Counted from the stretch's first letter, positions 35,993-46,097 are shown. The stretch: DNA of 64,000 nucleotides from an uncultured Gammaproteobacteria bacterium (GCA_964446235.1 CAYUNW010000004.1:141-64140), one strand, 5' to 3'. Numbers and translations: made by a program. The notes: generated from the sequence alone by a model not told the origin.

Positions 35993-37405
35993 ATGAAAAA
36001 TAAATACTACATCACAACCACACTACCGTATGTAAACGCTGAACCTCATATAGGATTTGCTTTGGAAATTATTCAAGCTGATGTAATTGCCCGTTATAAA
36101 CATTTAACCGGATATGAAACTATTTTCAATTTCGGAACAGATGAACATGGACTGAAAATATACCGAAAAGCTATAGCAGAAAAAAAAGATCCTCAACTTT
36201 ACTGTGATGAATATGCTTTAAAATTCAATAACCTAAAAAAAGCCTTGAATCTAGGATATACACATTTTATCCGAACATCTGATAAAAAGCATATAAAAGC
36301 AGCACAAAAATTTTGGCAAATTTGTTATGCAAATGGAGATATTTATAAAAAACATTATAAAATTAAATATTGTGTCGGTTGTGAACTGGAAAAAACCGAT
36401 TCGGAATTGGAAAAAGGAATTTGTCCAATCCATCCAAATCAACAAATAGAATTAATAAATGAAGAAAACTACTTTTTCAGATTTTCCAAGTATCAGAATA
36501 AACTATTGGATTTTTATAGAAAAAATCCGGATTTCGTTATACCCCAAAATCGATATAGGGAAATCATCAATTTCGTCAAAAAAGGTCTCACAGATTTCAG
36601 TATTTCCAGATTAAAAGAAAAAATGCCTTGGGGAATTGATGTGCCTGACGATCCCAAACATGTCATGTACGTCTGGTTTGATGCTTTGATAAATTACGTT
36701 TCAACTCTTGGATGGCCTGATAATAACAGTCAATATGATACTTTTTGGCCTGGATATCAAGTAGCCGGAAAAGACAATTTAAGACAACAAACTGCAATTT
36801 GGCAAGCAATGTTAATGTCGGCAAAACTACCAAATTCTAAACAAGTATTCATCCATGGATTTATAACAAATAACGGTCAAAAAATAAGCAAAAGCACCGG
36901 TAATACGGTTGATCCGACAAGTATAACCGAAAAATACGGTACGGACGCATTAAGATACTACTTATTAAGCCAAATTCCATCATATGATGATGGTGACTTT
37001 TCTATGAATAGGTTTATTGAGGTGTATAATTCCAACCTGGCTAACGGGATAGGCAATCTTGTATCCAGAATTGCTAAACTATGCGAAAAAACAGTATTAT
37101 CTAAAAAAAATATGCCATCTTATGATCCAAACATCGCTGCATTACTTGATAAATACAAATTTGACGAGGCAATGAAAATAATTTGGGATGAAATAAAAAA
37201 AACAGATATTTATCTAAACGAAAAAAAACCTTGGAAAATCCGGAATCCAAAAGATTTAAACAATATTCTTGAAACTGCTGTTAACAAGGTAATATATATT
37301 TCATATAACCTAGCACCATTTCTACCAGAAACAGCTGATATTATTTTGAAACATTTTATGAAAACAGATTTGAAATCACTTAAACCGCTTTTTCCAAGAA
37401 TTTAG
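35993..37405 (+). CDS. metG: methionine--tRNA ligase (compact form)
   Basis: HIGH-type motif (EPHIGFALE), KMSKS-type motif (KISKSTGN), and an inserted CVGC...CPIH zinc knuckle. The ATG at 35993 is preferred over the listed TTG at 35987. Confidence 0.92.
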   Translation: MKNKYYITTTLPYVNAEPHIGFALEIIQADVIARYKHLTGYETIFNFGTDEHGLKIYRKAIAEKKDPQLYCDEYALKFNNLKKALNLGYTHFIRTSDKKHIKAAQKFWQICYANGDIYKKHYKIKYCVGCELEKTDSELEKGICPIHPNQQIELINEENYFFRFSKYQNKLLDFYRKNPDFVIPQNRYREIINFVKKGLTDFSISRLKEKMPWGIDVPDDPKHVMYVWFDALINYVSTLGWPDNNSQYDTFWPGYQVAGKDNLRQQTAIWQAMLMSAKLPNSKQVFIHGFITNNGQKISKSTGNTVDPTSITEKYGTDALRYYLLSQIPSYDDGDFSMNRFIEVYNSNLANGIGNLVSRIAKLCEKTVLSKKNMPSYDPNIAALLDKYKFDEAMKIIWDEIKKTDIYLNEKKPWKIRNPKDLNNILETAVNKVIYISYNLAPFLPETADIILKHFMKTDLKSLKPLFPRI

Positions 37406-37408
37406 TTT

Positions 37409-38209
37409 ATGCTGATAGATACTCATGCTCATTTGAATTTTCATGCTTTTGATAAAGATTTTGACCTTGTGATAAAAAGAGCTGAAGAAAAAAAAGTGAA
37501 AAAAATTATTATTCCCAGTACAAAATTAAGCTCTAGTCGAAAAGCCGTCAGTATCTGCGAAAAACACAAACAATGCTATGCAACCATTGGTATTCACCCT
37601 CATCATGTAAATGACTTAAATATAATAGGTAGTGAAAATATCTTTAAACAACTTTTAAAAATTTCGGAGAACAAAAAAGTAATTGCTTTTGGTGAAACAG
37701 GTATCGATTACTATCATTATAAGAATTACCCGCCAATAACTGACGAAATAAAAAAAAGTCAACAGGAGTTGTTTTCAATCCATTTGGAAATTGCTGTTAG
37801 AAAAAATCTACCTCTAATTTTTCATTGCCGTAACGCTTATAAAAATATGATAGATATTCTGAAAAAATATTCAAATATTAATCGCCTTTCAGCTGTATTT
37901 CATTGTTTTGAAGGAGATAAGGACAATTTGAATGATATTCTTAATATGGGATTTTTTATCGGTATAAACGGAATTATTACCTACCCTAAAAATTATTCTA
38001 TAGTCGAGTTAGTAAAATATGCAGGAGTAAAAAATATATTATTGGAAACAGATTCTCCCTATCTTACTCCTTATCCGCATCGATCCAAACGTAATGAACC
38101 GGAAAATTTGGAATTAATTGCAAAATTTCTAGCTCAAAAACTTGGTGTTGACTTAGAAATGTTAGAATATGAAACAGAAAAAAACACTTATAAACTTTTT
38201 AGAGTGTAG
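37409..38209 (+). CDS. TatD-family metal-dependent hydrolase/DNase
   Basis: LIDTHAHLN, GETGIDY, HCR, FHCF and ETDSPYL motifs. Confidence 0.88.
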   Translation: MLIDTHAHLNFHAFDKDFDLVIKRAEEKKVKKIIIPSTKLSSSRKAVSICEKHKQCYATIGIHPHHVNDLNIIGSENIFKQLLKISENKKVIAFGETGIDYYHYKNYPPITDEIKKSQQELFSIHLEIAVRKNLPLIFHCRNAYKNMIDILKKYSNINRLSAVFHCFEGDKDNLNDILNMGFFIGINGIITYPKNYSIVELVKYAGVKNILLETDSPYLTPYPHRSKRNEPENLELIAKFLAQKLGVDLEMLEYETEKNTYKLFRV

Positions 38210-38237
38210 CTTATTATTATGCTAAAATACCCTCATA

Positions 38238-39722
38238 ATGTATAGTATATTTTGTAAATATCCCAAAACTATAATCAGATTATTGGAAATTATTTTCCCT
38301 TTCATAACTTGGTTTTTACTTACTATGCCAATTTGGTTATCTTTTTACCATCCGGCAGTAGTCGCATATTTTATTCTGACTTTTAATGTTTATTTTTTTT
38401 ATAAATCTTTTATGGCAACTGTACTTTCAACTTGGTCTTATTTCAAGTTACAAAAACTTTCAAAAATAGATTGGTTAAAACTTTCAAAAAAACTATCCGG
38501 TTTTAAACATTTACACCATATAGTATTAATTGCAAATTATAAAGAAGGACAGGAAAAAGTAGATAAAACACTAGAAATTTTATCTCAACAGGATTACCCA
38601 GTAAAAAGAATTTTCGTAATTTTAGCGATGGAAGAACGAGAAGGTCAACAAGCTCGTGACAGGGCAGAATTTTTGATAAAAAAATACAAAAATATTTTCG
38701 GATTAATAAGCGCCACGTTTCATCCTCAGCTTAAAAATGAAGTAATCGGTAAAGCCAGTAATTCCGCTTGGGCTGCCCGTTATGCTACAAAAATTATCAA
38801 AGAGAAAAAAATGAATTTGGATTATGTAACGATTACATCCTGTGATGCAGATTCGTTAATGCCAAAAAAATATTTTTCTTATTTATCATATCTTTTTCTA
38901 TCAGATAAAGACAGATTTTTTCATTTCTACTGGGCACCGGTCCTTCTTTACAGTAATTTCTGGGAAATACCCTTACCGATTAGAATTCAAGCAACTATTT
39001 CAAGCATTTCAAGACTTGCGGCTTTATCAAAGCCAGATAATTTAATTCAAATTTCCACTTACTCCGCATCCCTGAAAATGATTGAAAAAATTGGATACTG
39101 GGATACAGATATAATCCCCGAAGACTGGCATGTTTTTTTACAAGCCTTTTTTAAACTTGGCGAAAAAGTTAAAACGATCCCGATATATTTGATAATAACC
39201 AGAGATGCCGTTAATAACAGAAGTATCTTAAAAACATTCAAATCCCGTTATGAACAGGAAAAAAGATGGGCTTGGGGTATTACAGATGTACCTTATGCAA
39301 TTTATAAATTTTTTACTACACCTCATATTCCTATCGTTCCAAAATTTTTTAGAGTATTATTCGTTATAGAAACTCATCTTCTTTGGCCAATAGCTTTTTT
39401 TATCTTGACTGTCAGTGCTTCAATACCGGGTCTAATCAATCCAAATTTTGCTAGAACGGCATTGGGGCATAACTTGCCAAAATTGTCCGGTTTTATACTG
39501 ACAATCACCACGGCTTTTCTTTTGATCTTAATAACACTTGATGCAAAATCAAGACCTAAAAGACCTGCTAATTATTCAATAGCAAAAACACCACTTTTGA
39601 TTTTTCAATGGTTTCTATTACCTATCGTATCATTCTTTTTTTCATCTTTACCGGCATTGGAAGCACATACAAGACTGATGATCGGGAAAAGATTAGAATA
39701 TAAAGTAACTGAAAAAATATAG
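38238..39722 (+). CDS. membrane-embedded family-2 glycosyltransferase, processive-synthase-like
   Basis: TM helices flank a GT-A domain with TSCDADS (DxD-like) and QEKRWAWG (Q-x-x-R-W). Confidence 0.65.
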   Translation: MYSIFCKYPKTIIRLLEIIFPFITWFLLTMPIWLSFYHPAVVAYFILTFNVYFFYKSFMATVLSTWSYFKLQKLSKIDWLKLSKKLSGFKHLHHIVLIANYKEGQEKVDKTLEILSQQDYPVKRIFVILAMEEREGQQARDRAEFLIKKYKNIFGLISATFHPQLKNEVIGKASNSAWAARYATKIIKEKKMNLDYVTITSCDADSLMPKKYFSYLSYLFLSDKDRFFHFYWAPVLLYSNFWEIPLPIRIQATISSISRLAALSKPDNLIQISTYSASLKMIEKIGYWDTDIIPEDWHVFLQAFFKLGEKVKTIPIYLIITRDAVNNRSILKTFKSRYEQEKRWAWGITDVPYAIYKFFTTPHIPIVPKFFRVLFVIETHLLWPIAFFILTVSASIPGLINPNFARTALGHNLPKLSGFILTITTAFLLILITLDAKSRPKRPANYSIAKTPLLIFQWFLLPIVSFFFSSLPALEAHTRLMIGKRLEYKVTEKI

Positions 39723-39727
39723 AAACG

Positions 39728-41014
39728 ATGAATAATCTGATAAATTTATTTTTATACAATACTCCGATATTTTACTTTATCCAATCCATTTGGCGTGATG
39801 AAGCATTCTCTTATTTCATGGCAAAAAACAGTATTTCCGATATTATAATTAAAACTGCAAGTGATTTTAATCCGCCTTTATATTATATCTTGCTACATTT
39901 TTGGATTACCATATTCGGAAGAACGGATATTCTCTTAAAACTTTTGTCTTTTAGTGCACATTTGCTTACTGTTTATTATGCTTATCTATTATCAAAAAAA
40001 ATATTTTCCAGAAAATTCAGTGTGTTTGTATGTTTATTTACATTGTTTAATCCGATGCTAATATATTATGCGTTTGAAATTAGAATGTATGCCTTATATG
40101 CTCTATTTACTCTATGTTCTTTGTATTATTTTATCATTAAAAAATGGAATCATTATCTATTGGTTAATGTTTTTGGACTATACACACATTCTTTCTTTAT
40201 TTTTGTTCCAGTATCTTTTTTTGTTTGGAATTTAATTTATTCAAAAAAATACAAAGAACTATATCTGATATTCAAACCTGTACTTTTTTTTCTTCCCTGG
40301 ATACCGGTTATAATCAATCAATTCATCAGATCAAAGAATTCTTGGATATTTCCTGTAGATAAACAACTAATACAATCTTCTCTAGGTAATCTATTTACTA
40401 ATTACGAAGGAACCCCGGGAACACTATGGACAAAAACAGCTATAGTCTCCTTAATTATATTATTTTTCATTATTTACGGTTTTTACAAAAATAGAAAAAT
40501 GTCGCTTTTATTAAATATTCCTATTTTTCTCCCATTGTCATTTATTTTAACTTACTCTGTGATAAAACGACCAATTTATGTCAATCGATATCTTATCTTC
40601 ATCACCGTTTTTGAAATTATTGCATTATCTTATTCTATTTATTTGGTAAAAAATAAAATTATTAGAAATACTATTGCGGCTATAACTTTCGTTTTCATAA
40701 TATTTTTTAATATTTATATAACTCCTTTTCATAAAAAAACAGATTTCAAAACATTATTCTTAGAAATCAACAAGATTGCTCAAGAAAACGATTTTGTATA
40801 TGCAAAAACACCGATTGCTTTTTTGGAATCGGCGTATTATTTTAAAAATGAAAATAAGGTTTTTATTTATAATCCCGATAATATTTCAATACCTGAGTAT
40901 ATTGGGATTACGGTAACCTTTAATAATATTTCAAAAACGGAATTTCCGAATGCAAATAAAACATATCTTATAACTGATGATGCAAATTATTCTGTATTTA
41001 TCAGGAATCAATAA
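39728..41014 (+). CDS. GT-C fold glycosyltransferase (ArnT/PMT GT39/GT83-like)
   Basis: Polytopic protein with the first-loop motif WRDEAFSYFMAK, plus FNPPLYYILLHFW and a C-terminal soluble domain. Confidence 0.55.
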   Translation: MNNLINLFLYNTPIFYFIQSIWRDEAFSYFMAKNSISDIIIKTASDFNPPLYYILLHFWITIFGRTDILLKLLSFSAHLLTVYYAYLLSKKIFSRKFSVFVCLFTLFNPMLIYYAFEIRMYALYALFTLCSLYYFIIKKWNHYLLVNVFGLYTHSFFIFVPVSFFVWNLIYSKKYKELYLIFKPVLFFLPWIPVIINQFIRSKNSWIFPVDKQLIQSSLGNLFTNYEGTPGTLWTKTAIVSLIILFFIIYGFYKNRKMSLLLNIPIFLPLSFILTYSVIKRPIYVNRYLIFITVFEIIALSYSIYLVKNKIIRNTIAAITFVFIIFFNIYITPFHKKTDFKTLFLEINKIAQENDFVYAKTPIAFLESAYYFKNENKVFIYNPDNISIPEYIGITVTFNNISKTEFPNANKTYLITDDANYSVFIRNQ

Positions 41015-41376
41015 TGATAAAAAATACTTTTTTACTGATACCTCTACACGAAGATAAAATCATAAATAAATCAACTAAATTGTTTTTAATCATAATAATT
41101 GCTTATCTTGTAATCTTTATCTGGAAATGGAAATATTTACCACCTGAACTGCCTTTATTTTACTCACACATACCTGGGAATACCCAATTAGGTACCCCTA
41201 TAGATATATTGATACTACCTTTTTTATCTATCTTTTTTTTCACTTTAAATTATATAATTGCGTGTTTTATTTATAAAAAATCGGTTTTTTCTTCAAAAAT
41301 TTCGGTGCTTATCGGACTTACAGTATCTTCTTTTCTTTTATACAGTTTTATAAAAATTGTTTTTCTTATAACATAA
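41014..41376 (+). CDS. small membrane protein (operon partner of glycan genes)
   Basis: 120 aa with 3 TM helices. Its start and stop codons overlap the neighbouring genes. Confidence 0.35.
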   Translation: MIKNTFLLIPLHEDKIINKSTKLFLIIIIAYLVIFIWKWKYLPPELPLFYSHIPGNTQLGTPIDILILPFLSIFFFTLNYIIACFIYKKSVFSSKISVLIGLTVSSFLLYSFIKIVFLIT

Positions 41377-42434
41377 TGTATTTAAATATTTTACTGATTA
41401 TAATTGGATCTTTTACAATCACTTATTTTTTTACCCCTATAACGATAAAAATTGCCAATATGTTCGGATTGATTGATGATCCTGAAAAAAGAAAACATCC
41501 TGCTCATACACATACCAACGTTATACCTAGAGCAGGCGGCGTCCCGCTTTTTTTGGGAATATTTTTAACCGCTGTTTTTTTCATTTACCCTAATAATCAA
41601 TTTATCTCGTTGATTTTAGGATCATTATTTTTAATTCTATTGGGAATCTGGGATGATAAAAAAGATCTTTCGCCTTATTTAAGATTCATATTTAATTTGA
41701 TTATTGCTCTATTAATAATCAATGCAGGAATTACAATTCCCTATATAACTAATCCTTTCGGAGGCATTCTGAATTTTCAATCAATAAATATTAGTTTATT
41801 TGGTCTTTCTCTAGACAAAATATTTACTATGCTTTTTATTGTATGGACAATGAATATAGTTGGATGGTCTGGAGGAGTTGATGGTCAACTTCCAGGTTTT
41901 GTATCGATCTCATCATTGGTGATTGGAATATTATCAATTAGATATGCAAATGTCGATCCTTTACAGCTACCGGTAACTTATTTATCATTTGCGACGTTCG
42001 GTGCGTTTTTAGGATTTTTACCATGGAATTTCTATCCTCAAAAAATAATGCCTGGATATGGCGGAAAAACTCTAGCAGGGTTTATGCTTTCTGTATTATC
42101 AATTCTTTCATTCTCAAAATTAGGAACAATGCTTTTAGTTTTAGCAGTTCCCATCACAGATTCATTTTTTATGCTTTTTAAAAGAATCCTTTCAGGAAAA
42201 TCTCCTGTCTGGGCTTCTTCAGATCATTTACATCATCATCTGTTGAAGTTAGGTTGGAATAAAAAGAAAATCGCAACCTTCTATATTTTATTATCTGCGA
42301 TATTTGGGATTATGGCGCTTTTTTTAAACAGTCAGCAAAAAATTTTTGCGATAGTTTTAATTTTTACTTTAATATTTGCATTTATTGTCTGGATAAATTA
42401 TTTCAGAAAACTCAATAAAGAATCAAGAGAATAA
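41376..42434 (+). CDS. polyprenyl-phosphate N-acetylhexosamine-1-phosphate transferase (MraY/WecA/TagO GT4 family)
   Basis: DDPEKRKHPAHTHTNVIPRAGGV, WDDKKDLSP and NIVGWSGGVDGQLPG motifs of the WecA/TagO type. About 10 TM helices. Confidence 0.8.
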   Translation: MYLNILLIIIGSFTITYFFTPITIKIANMFGLIDDPEKRKHPAHTHTNVIPRAGGVPLFLGIFLTAVFFIYPNNQFISLILGSLFLILLGIWDDKKDLSPYLRFIFNLIIALLIINAGITIPYITNPFGGILNFQSINISLFGLSLDKIFTMLFIVWTMNIVGWSGGVDGQLPGFVSISSLVIGILSIRYANVDPLQLPVTYLSFATFGAFLGFLPWNFYPQKIMPGYGGKTLAGFMLSVLSILSFSKLGTMLLVLAVPITDSFFMLFKRILSGKSPVWASSDHLHHHLLKLGWNKKKIATFYILLSAIFGIMALFLNSQQKIFAIVLIFTLIFAFIVWINYFRKLNKESRE

Positions 42435-43298
42435 TTATTCACCTGAAACTTCTGCATATCTGGAAGAAATCCACCCTTCTTTACCCTCTTCATAAGCAAT
42501 TTTATACCAACCTGACTGTTCCTCTAGTAATGTAAATTTTTCTCCTGGTTTTATTTGAGTTAATTCGGATGATGAGGTAGAAGGACCGCTTCTTACTCTG
42601 AGAAATCCTGTCGGAGTATCTTTGATTGTCACTACTTTGTCAATACTACTCTCTTTTTTTTCAGTAGTATCAGCTGATTGCTGATTATTATCTGTACCGG
42701 TCGGATTTGCTGTCGGCCTTGGTCCTTCGGAAGTTATTCCTAATTGAACATTAACAGTAAGTTTGTAACCCGAACTAACCTGTACCCGAATAGTTTTACT
42801 GATATAACCGGGCGCATTTACAGCAATTTCATGTTCTCCTGTTATCACATCTCGTATTACTAAGGGTGTAATTCCTTTTTCTTGACCATCCAGTAAAATT
42901 ACCGCAGCTTCAGGTTGTGTCACAACAGCAATCTGTGCTTCAGTGCCTTGAATTTTTTCCAAAGATATAACTTCTAATGAACTTGTCAACTCACTTGGGC
43001 CGAATTCCCGTCTGACGTATGTCTGAAAAGACGGAACAATCATTACTTTTCCTTGCCAACTGACTGTCTGATCAGAAGTTTGTTCGGGAATCAATTTCAC
43101 AACCAGTTCACCAGGGGAAATTCGATCTTGATAATCTGTATTACCAACCAATTTTTCATTTATAAATACACTTGCCTTAATATTAGAAGTAATTTTTAAT
43201 CCACCTTTGGGTTGGAAACTTTTTGTAAATAGAGTATACAAACCAAAAATCAAAGCTATAAATACGATCAAAATGATAAAAAATATTTTCCTATTCAT
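42435..43298 (-). CDS. membrane-anchored PEGA-domain / SH3b-domain protein
   Basis: N-terminal TM helix. PEGA repeat (ILLDGQEKGITPLVIRDVITGEHEIAVNAPGYISKTIRV). C-terminal SH3_3 (GFLRVRSGPSTSS...GWYKIAYEEGKEGWISSRY). Confidence 0.6.
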   Translation of the reverse strand: MNRKIFFIILIVFIALIFGLYTLFTKSFQPKGGLKITSNIKASVFINEKLVGNTDYQDRISPGELVVKLIPEQTSDQTVSWQGKVMIVPSFQTYVRREFGPSELTSSLEVISLEKIQGTEAQIAVVTQPEAAVILLDGQEKGITPLVIRDVITGEHEIAVNAPGYISKTIRVQVSSGYKLTVNVQLGITSEGPRPTANPTGTDNNQQSADTTEKKESSIDKVVTIKDTPTGFLRVRSGPSTSSSELTQIKPGEKFTLLEEQSGWYKIAYEEGKEGWISSRYAEVSGE

Positions 43299-43356
43299 AA
43301 GTTAGGCTTAATATAGCATTTCAACATATATAATATCAAGATAACCACTTGACAAA

Positions 43357-43383
43357 TTAGCACTCTTTATGATAGACTGCTAA
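43357..43383 (+). promoter_or_regulatory. CIRCE operator upstream of hsp20
   Basis: TTAGCACTC-N9-GACTGCTAA, starting 2 nt after a TTGACA hexamer (43349..43354). The AAGGAGGTG Shine-Dalgarno and the ATG at 43405 follow. Confidence 0.8.
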
Positions 43384-43404
43384 TTATAAAGGAGGTGATA
43401 TATT

Positions 43405-43833
43405 ATGTCCATAATCAGATTGAGACCATTTTCTCCTTGGGCTACAAATCGAATACCAAGTTTCTGGGATGAAGAGGAAGACTGGCCTCAAATACAAGTT
43501 ACCGAAGGGCTAGATGTTTATGAAACAGACACAGATGTTATCGTAAAAGCGGCTGTACCCGGAGTACCTGCGGAAAAAGTAGATGTTACTTTTGAAGATG
43601 GCGTTCTGCGAATCAAAGCTCAAATTGAAGAAACTAAAGAAGAGAAAGATAAAAAGAAAGTTGTTTATAAACAGCAAAAAATGAGCTCTTTTGATTACAC
43701 CACTACTCTTCCTAGAGCAGTAGACGGTAATAAAATCTCAGCTGAAGTAAATGATGGTGTTGTTACAATCAAAGCTCCGATTGCCCAAGAGGCAAAACCT
43801 AAAAAAATATCGGTTAAAACCAAAACAAAGTAA
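43405..43833 (+). CDS. Hsp20/alpha-crystallin family small heat-shock protein
   Basis: Alpha-crystallin domain: VDVYETDTDVIVKAAVPGV...VDVTFEDGVLRIKA...LPRAVDGNKISAEVNDGVVTIKAP. Confidence 0.9.
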   Translation: MSIIRLRPFSPWATNRIPSFWDEEEDWPQIQVTEGLDVYETDTDVIVKAAVPGVPAEKVDVTFEDGVLRIKAQIEETKEEKDKKKVVYKQQKMSSFDYTTTLPRAVDGNKISAEVNDGVVTIKAPIAQEAKPKKISVKTKTK

Positions 43834-43849
43834 TTATTCACCAATATAT

Positions 43850-43879
43850 AAAACCCCGTAGTTTTTTTACGGGGTTTTT
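43850..43879 (+). terminator. rho-independent terminator of hsp20
   Basis: AAAACCCCGTA-gttttttt-TACGGGGTTTT followed by a T-run. Confidence 0.8.
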
Positions 43880-43967
43880 ATATAAAAAGTAAATGATTAA
43901 TATCATGTTAAATTGGTATGAATATTTTCTTGTTTGTACCAGATGTTGATTAAATCTTGGAGATATA

Positions 43968-44294
43968 TTATTCCATTTCATTAACTAACCACTGATAGTA
44001 TTTTTGAAAAATATCTTTTACAGATATTGATAATATACAAGGATTTTCATAGGAATGAATTTTCAATACTTCACTTTGGATTTTCCTGTAATTTTCTTCA
44101 ACTGATTTAATTATCAATATCGATTCGCTTGATTTTTCAATTCTTTTTGAACCAACCGGCCATAAATACATAGAGTTCATTTTTGGAATTACATTCACAC
44201 AACCGCAAAGATTTTTTTTTAAAAGCAATTCTCCAATTTTCTCTGCTTCTTTTTCACTTGAACAAGTAACATAAATTAATATTATTTTTTTCAT
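43968..44294 (-). CDS. cutA: divalent-cation tolerance protein CutA
   Basis: IILIYVTCSSEKEAEKIGELLLKKNLCGCVNVIP...YLW...SESILIIKS matches CutA1. The ATG at 44294 (6 nt after TATAAT 44306..44301) is preferred over the listed 44327. Confidence 0.8.
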   Translation of the reverse strand: MKKIILIYVTCSSEKEAEKIGELLLKKNLCGCVNVIPKMNSMYLWPVGSKRIEKSSESILIIKSVEENYRKIQSEVLKIHSYENPCILSISVKDIFQKYYQWLVNEME

Positions 44295-44348
44295 AATACA
44301 ATTATAACAGTTTGAATTTATATACATATCTATATATAATTAACCAAA

Positions 44349-45503
44349 ATGAAAAAAATTATTCTTCATTTAATTATTTTCATCTTATCTTTACCTTTTT
44401 TATTCCCCAAAAATGTAAATGCTATTAAAATAATTACAGATTCAAAGACAAAAATAAGTAGCCTTGAGGAAATTGATGACAGTTTACTTATCGCTGGAGA
44501 CGATGTTGAAATAAGAGGCTTGATAAACGGCGATCTGTTTTGTGCCGGTCAAGATATTTCAATTTCAGCAGATATTAAAGGTGATGTTATCTGCGTTGGA
44601 CAATATCTCACTATCACAAACAGCAATATTGAAGGAGATGTCAGAATTGCCGGACAAAATGTATCAACCGATGGTTATATTGGGAAAAATGCGACAATTT
44701 TCGGACAAACTATAAATCACAATGCAAAAACACTGGGCGAAGTTATTTTTGGAGCACAAAAAATCAATCTCAATGGCAATATAGGAAAATCAGTTTTAGG
44801 GGGAGCTGAAACAGTAAAAATTGATAGTGTAATTTCTAAAAATATAAATATATGGACAAATAACTTAACTATTGATGACAATGCGGTTATAGAAGGTACG
44901 CTTGAATACCATAGTGAAAATGAAGCTTATATTTCTCAAGGAGCAAATTTGGTAATAAAACCTAATCATATAATTCCTGAAAAAGAGATAAAAAAAGGAG
45001 AAAAACCCTTTTATTCGAACATCAAACCAGCAATGAGTTTGGAAAATAAAATAAAATCCTTTTTGGTATTTTTGACATTAAGTATAATATTGGCAATTTT
45101 TTTTGGTAATACTTTAACTAAAATTACAAAATATATAATATTTCAAAGAGCTAAAACACTTGGAATAGGCTTTTTGATATTCTTTTTAACTCCTTTGCTT
45201 ATAATTTCTCTTCTTATAAGCATTATCGGTATTCCAATATCGATTTTGTTATTGTTTCTATATATTCTTGCATTAATTTTTTCAAGAATTATCACGGCTA
45301 TAACATTGGGAATTATTTTTTATGAAAATTTAAGCAAAAGAAAAACTAACTCAATCATTATTTCTTCAATCCTTGGGATTAGTATATCTTGGCTTGCTTT
45401 TTCTGTTCCTTATATCGGATGGATATTAAGTTTTTTGTCAATTATCTGGGGATTGGGTAGTATTTATTATATTTTCAGACCTCCAAAATTAAAAAAGAAA
45501 TAA
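44349..45503 (+). CDS. membrane protein with secreted beta-helix (bactofilin-like) repeats and a C-terminal polytopic domain
   Basis: Signal peptide. Repeated I-x-G-D-V/L-x-x-A/V-G-Q units (INGDLFCAGQDISISADIKGDVICVGQYLTI...IEGDVRIAGQNV). Four or more C-terminal TM helices. Confidence 0.35.
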   Translation: MKKIILHLIIFILSLPFLFPKNVNAIKIITDSKTKISSLEEIDDSLLIAGDDVEIRGLINGDLFCAGQDISISADIKGDVICVGQYLTITNSNIEGDVRIAGQNVSTDGYIGKNATIFGQTINHNAKTLGEVIFGAQKINLNGNIGKSVLGGAETVKIDSVISKNINIWTNNLTIDDNAVIEGTLEYHSENEAYISQGANLVIKPNHIIPEKEIKKGEKPFYSNIKPAMSLENKIKSFLVFLTLSIILAIFFGNTLTKITKYIIFQRAKTLGIGFLIFFLTPLLIISLLISIIGIPISILLLFLYILALIFSRIITAITLGIIFYENLSKRKTNSIIISSILGISISWLAFSVPYIGWILSFLSIIWGLGSIYYIFRPPKLKKK

Positions 45504-45569
45504 TTATTTTTTATATATTTTTTGTCTGTTTTGATCAATTATCACCTACGGGTTACTTTTGAATATATT

Positions 45570-46097
45570 TCAAGCATTTTTAGCATAAAATAAATATTTA
45601 TAAGCAGCAATCACCGCATCTTTATATGCACTGCTTCTAGTTATCAGTTTATCTGATATTAAACCAAAAAAGCCGATCTTTTTGCTTGTGTCTTTTTTTT
45701 TATATATCATATCGGTTGCCTCACCCAGTTGATATTTGTTTTTAACCATTTCCATAATTTTTTCCGGTACTTGTATTTTCAATGTAGCGCTTTTTGAAAC
45801 ATTATTATTTTTATCTATCATGACCACCCATCCACCGGTAAAATATTTACCGGTAATTTTTGAAATTCCTGCCTCCAAACCTACCGCAATATCCACGTCT
45901 GACCGATTAATAGCATCTAAAGCCCGATTATATGCTCCTTGAATACATTCTTTTTCATTCATCGGCTGCTTAGATACTAACGAAGGAGAGTTATAAGTAA
46001 GTAATTTAAAAGGTTTTCTTTTTAACAGTATTTTAAAAGCATCCTCAACTGCTTTAATCTTTGATGGGTTTTTTGATCCGACGGCTATAGTCAGCAT
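45570..46097 (-). CDS. inosine/xanthosine triphosphatase (YjjX/DUF84 family)
   Basis: IAVGSKNPSKIKAVEDAF, QPMNEKECIQGAYNRA and VGLEAGI resemble YjjX. Confidence 0.7.
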   Translation of the reverse strand: MLTIAVGSKNPSKIKAVEDAFKILLKRKPFKLLTYNSPSLVSKQPMNEKECIQGAYNRALDAINRSDVDIAVGLEAGISKITGKYFTGGWVVMIDKNNNVSKSATLKIQVPEKIMEMVKNKYQLGEATDMIYKKKDTSKKIGFFGLISDKLITRSSAYKDAVIAAYKYLFYAKNA

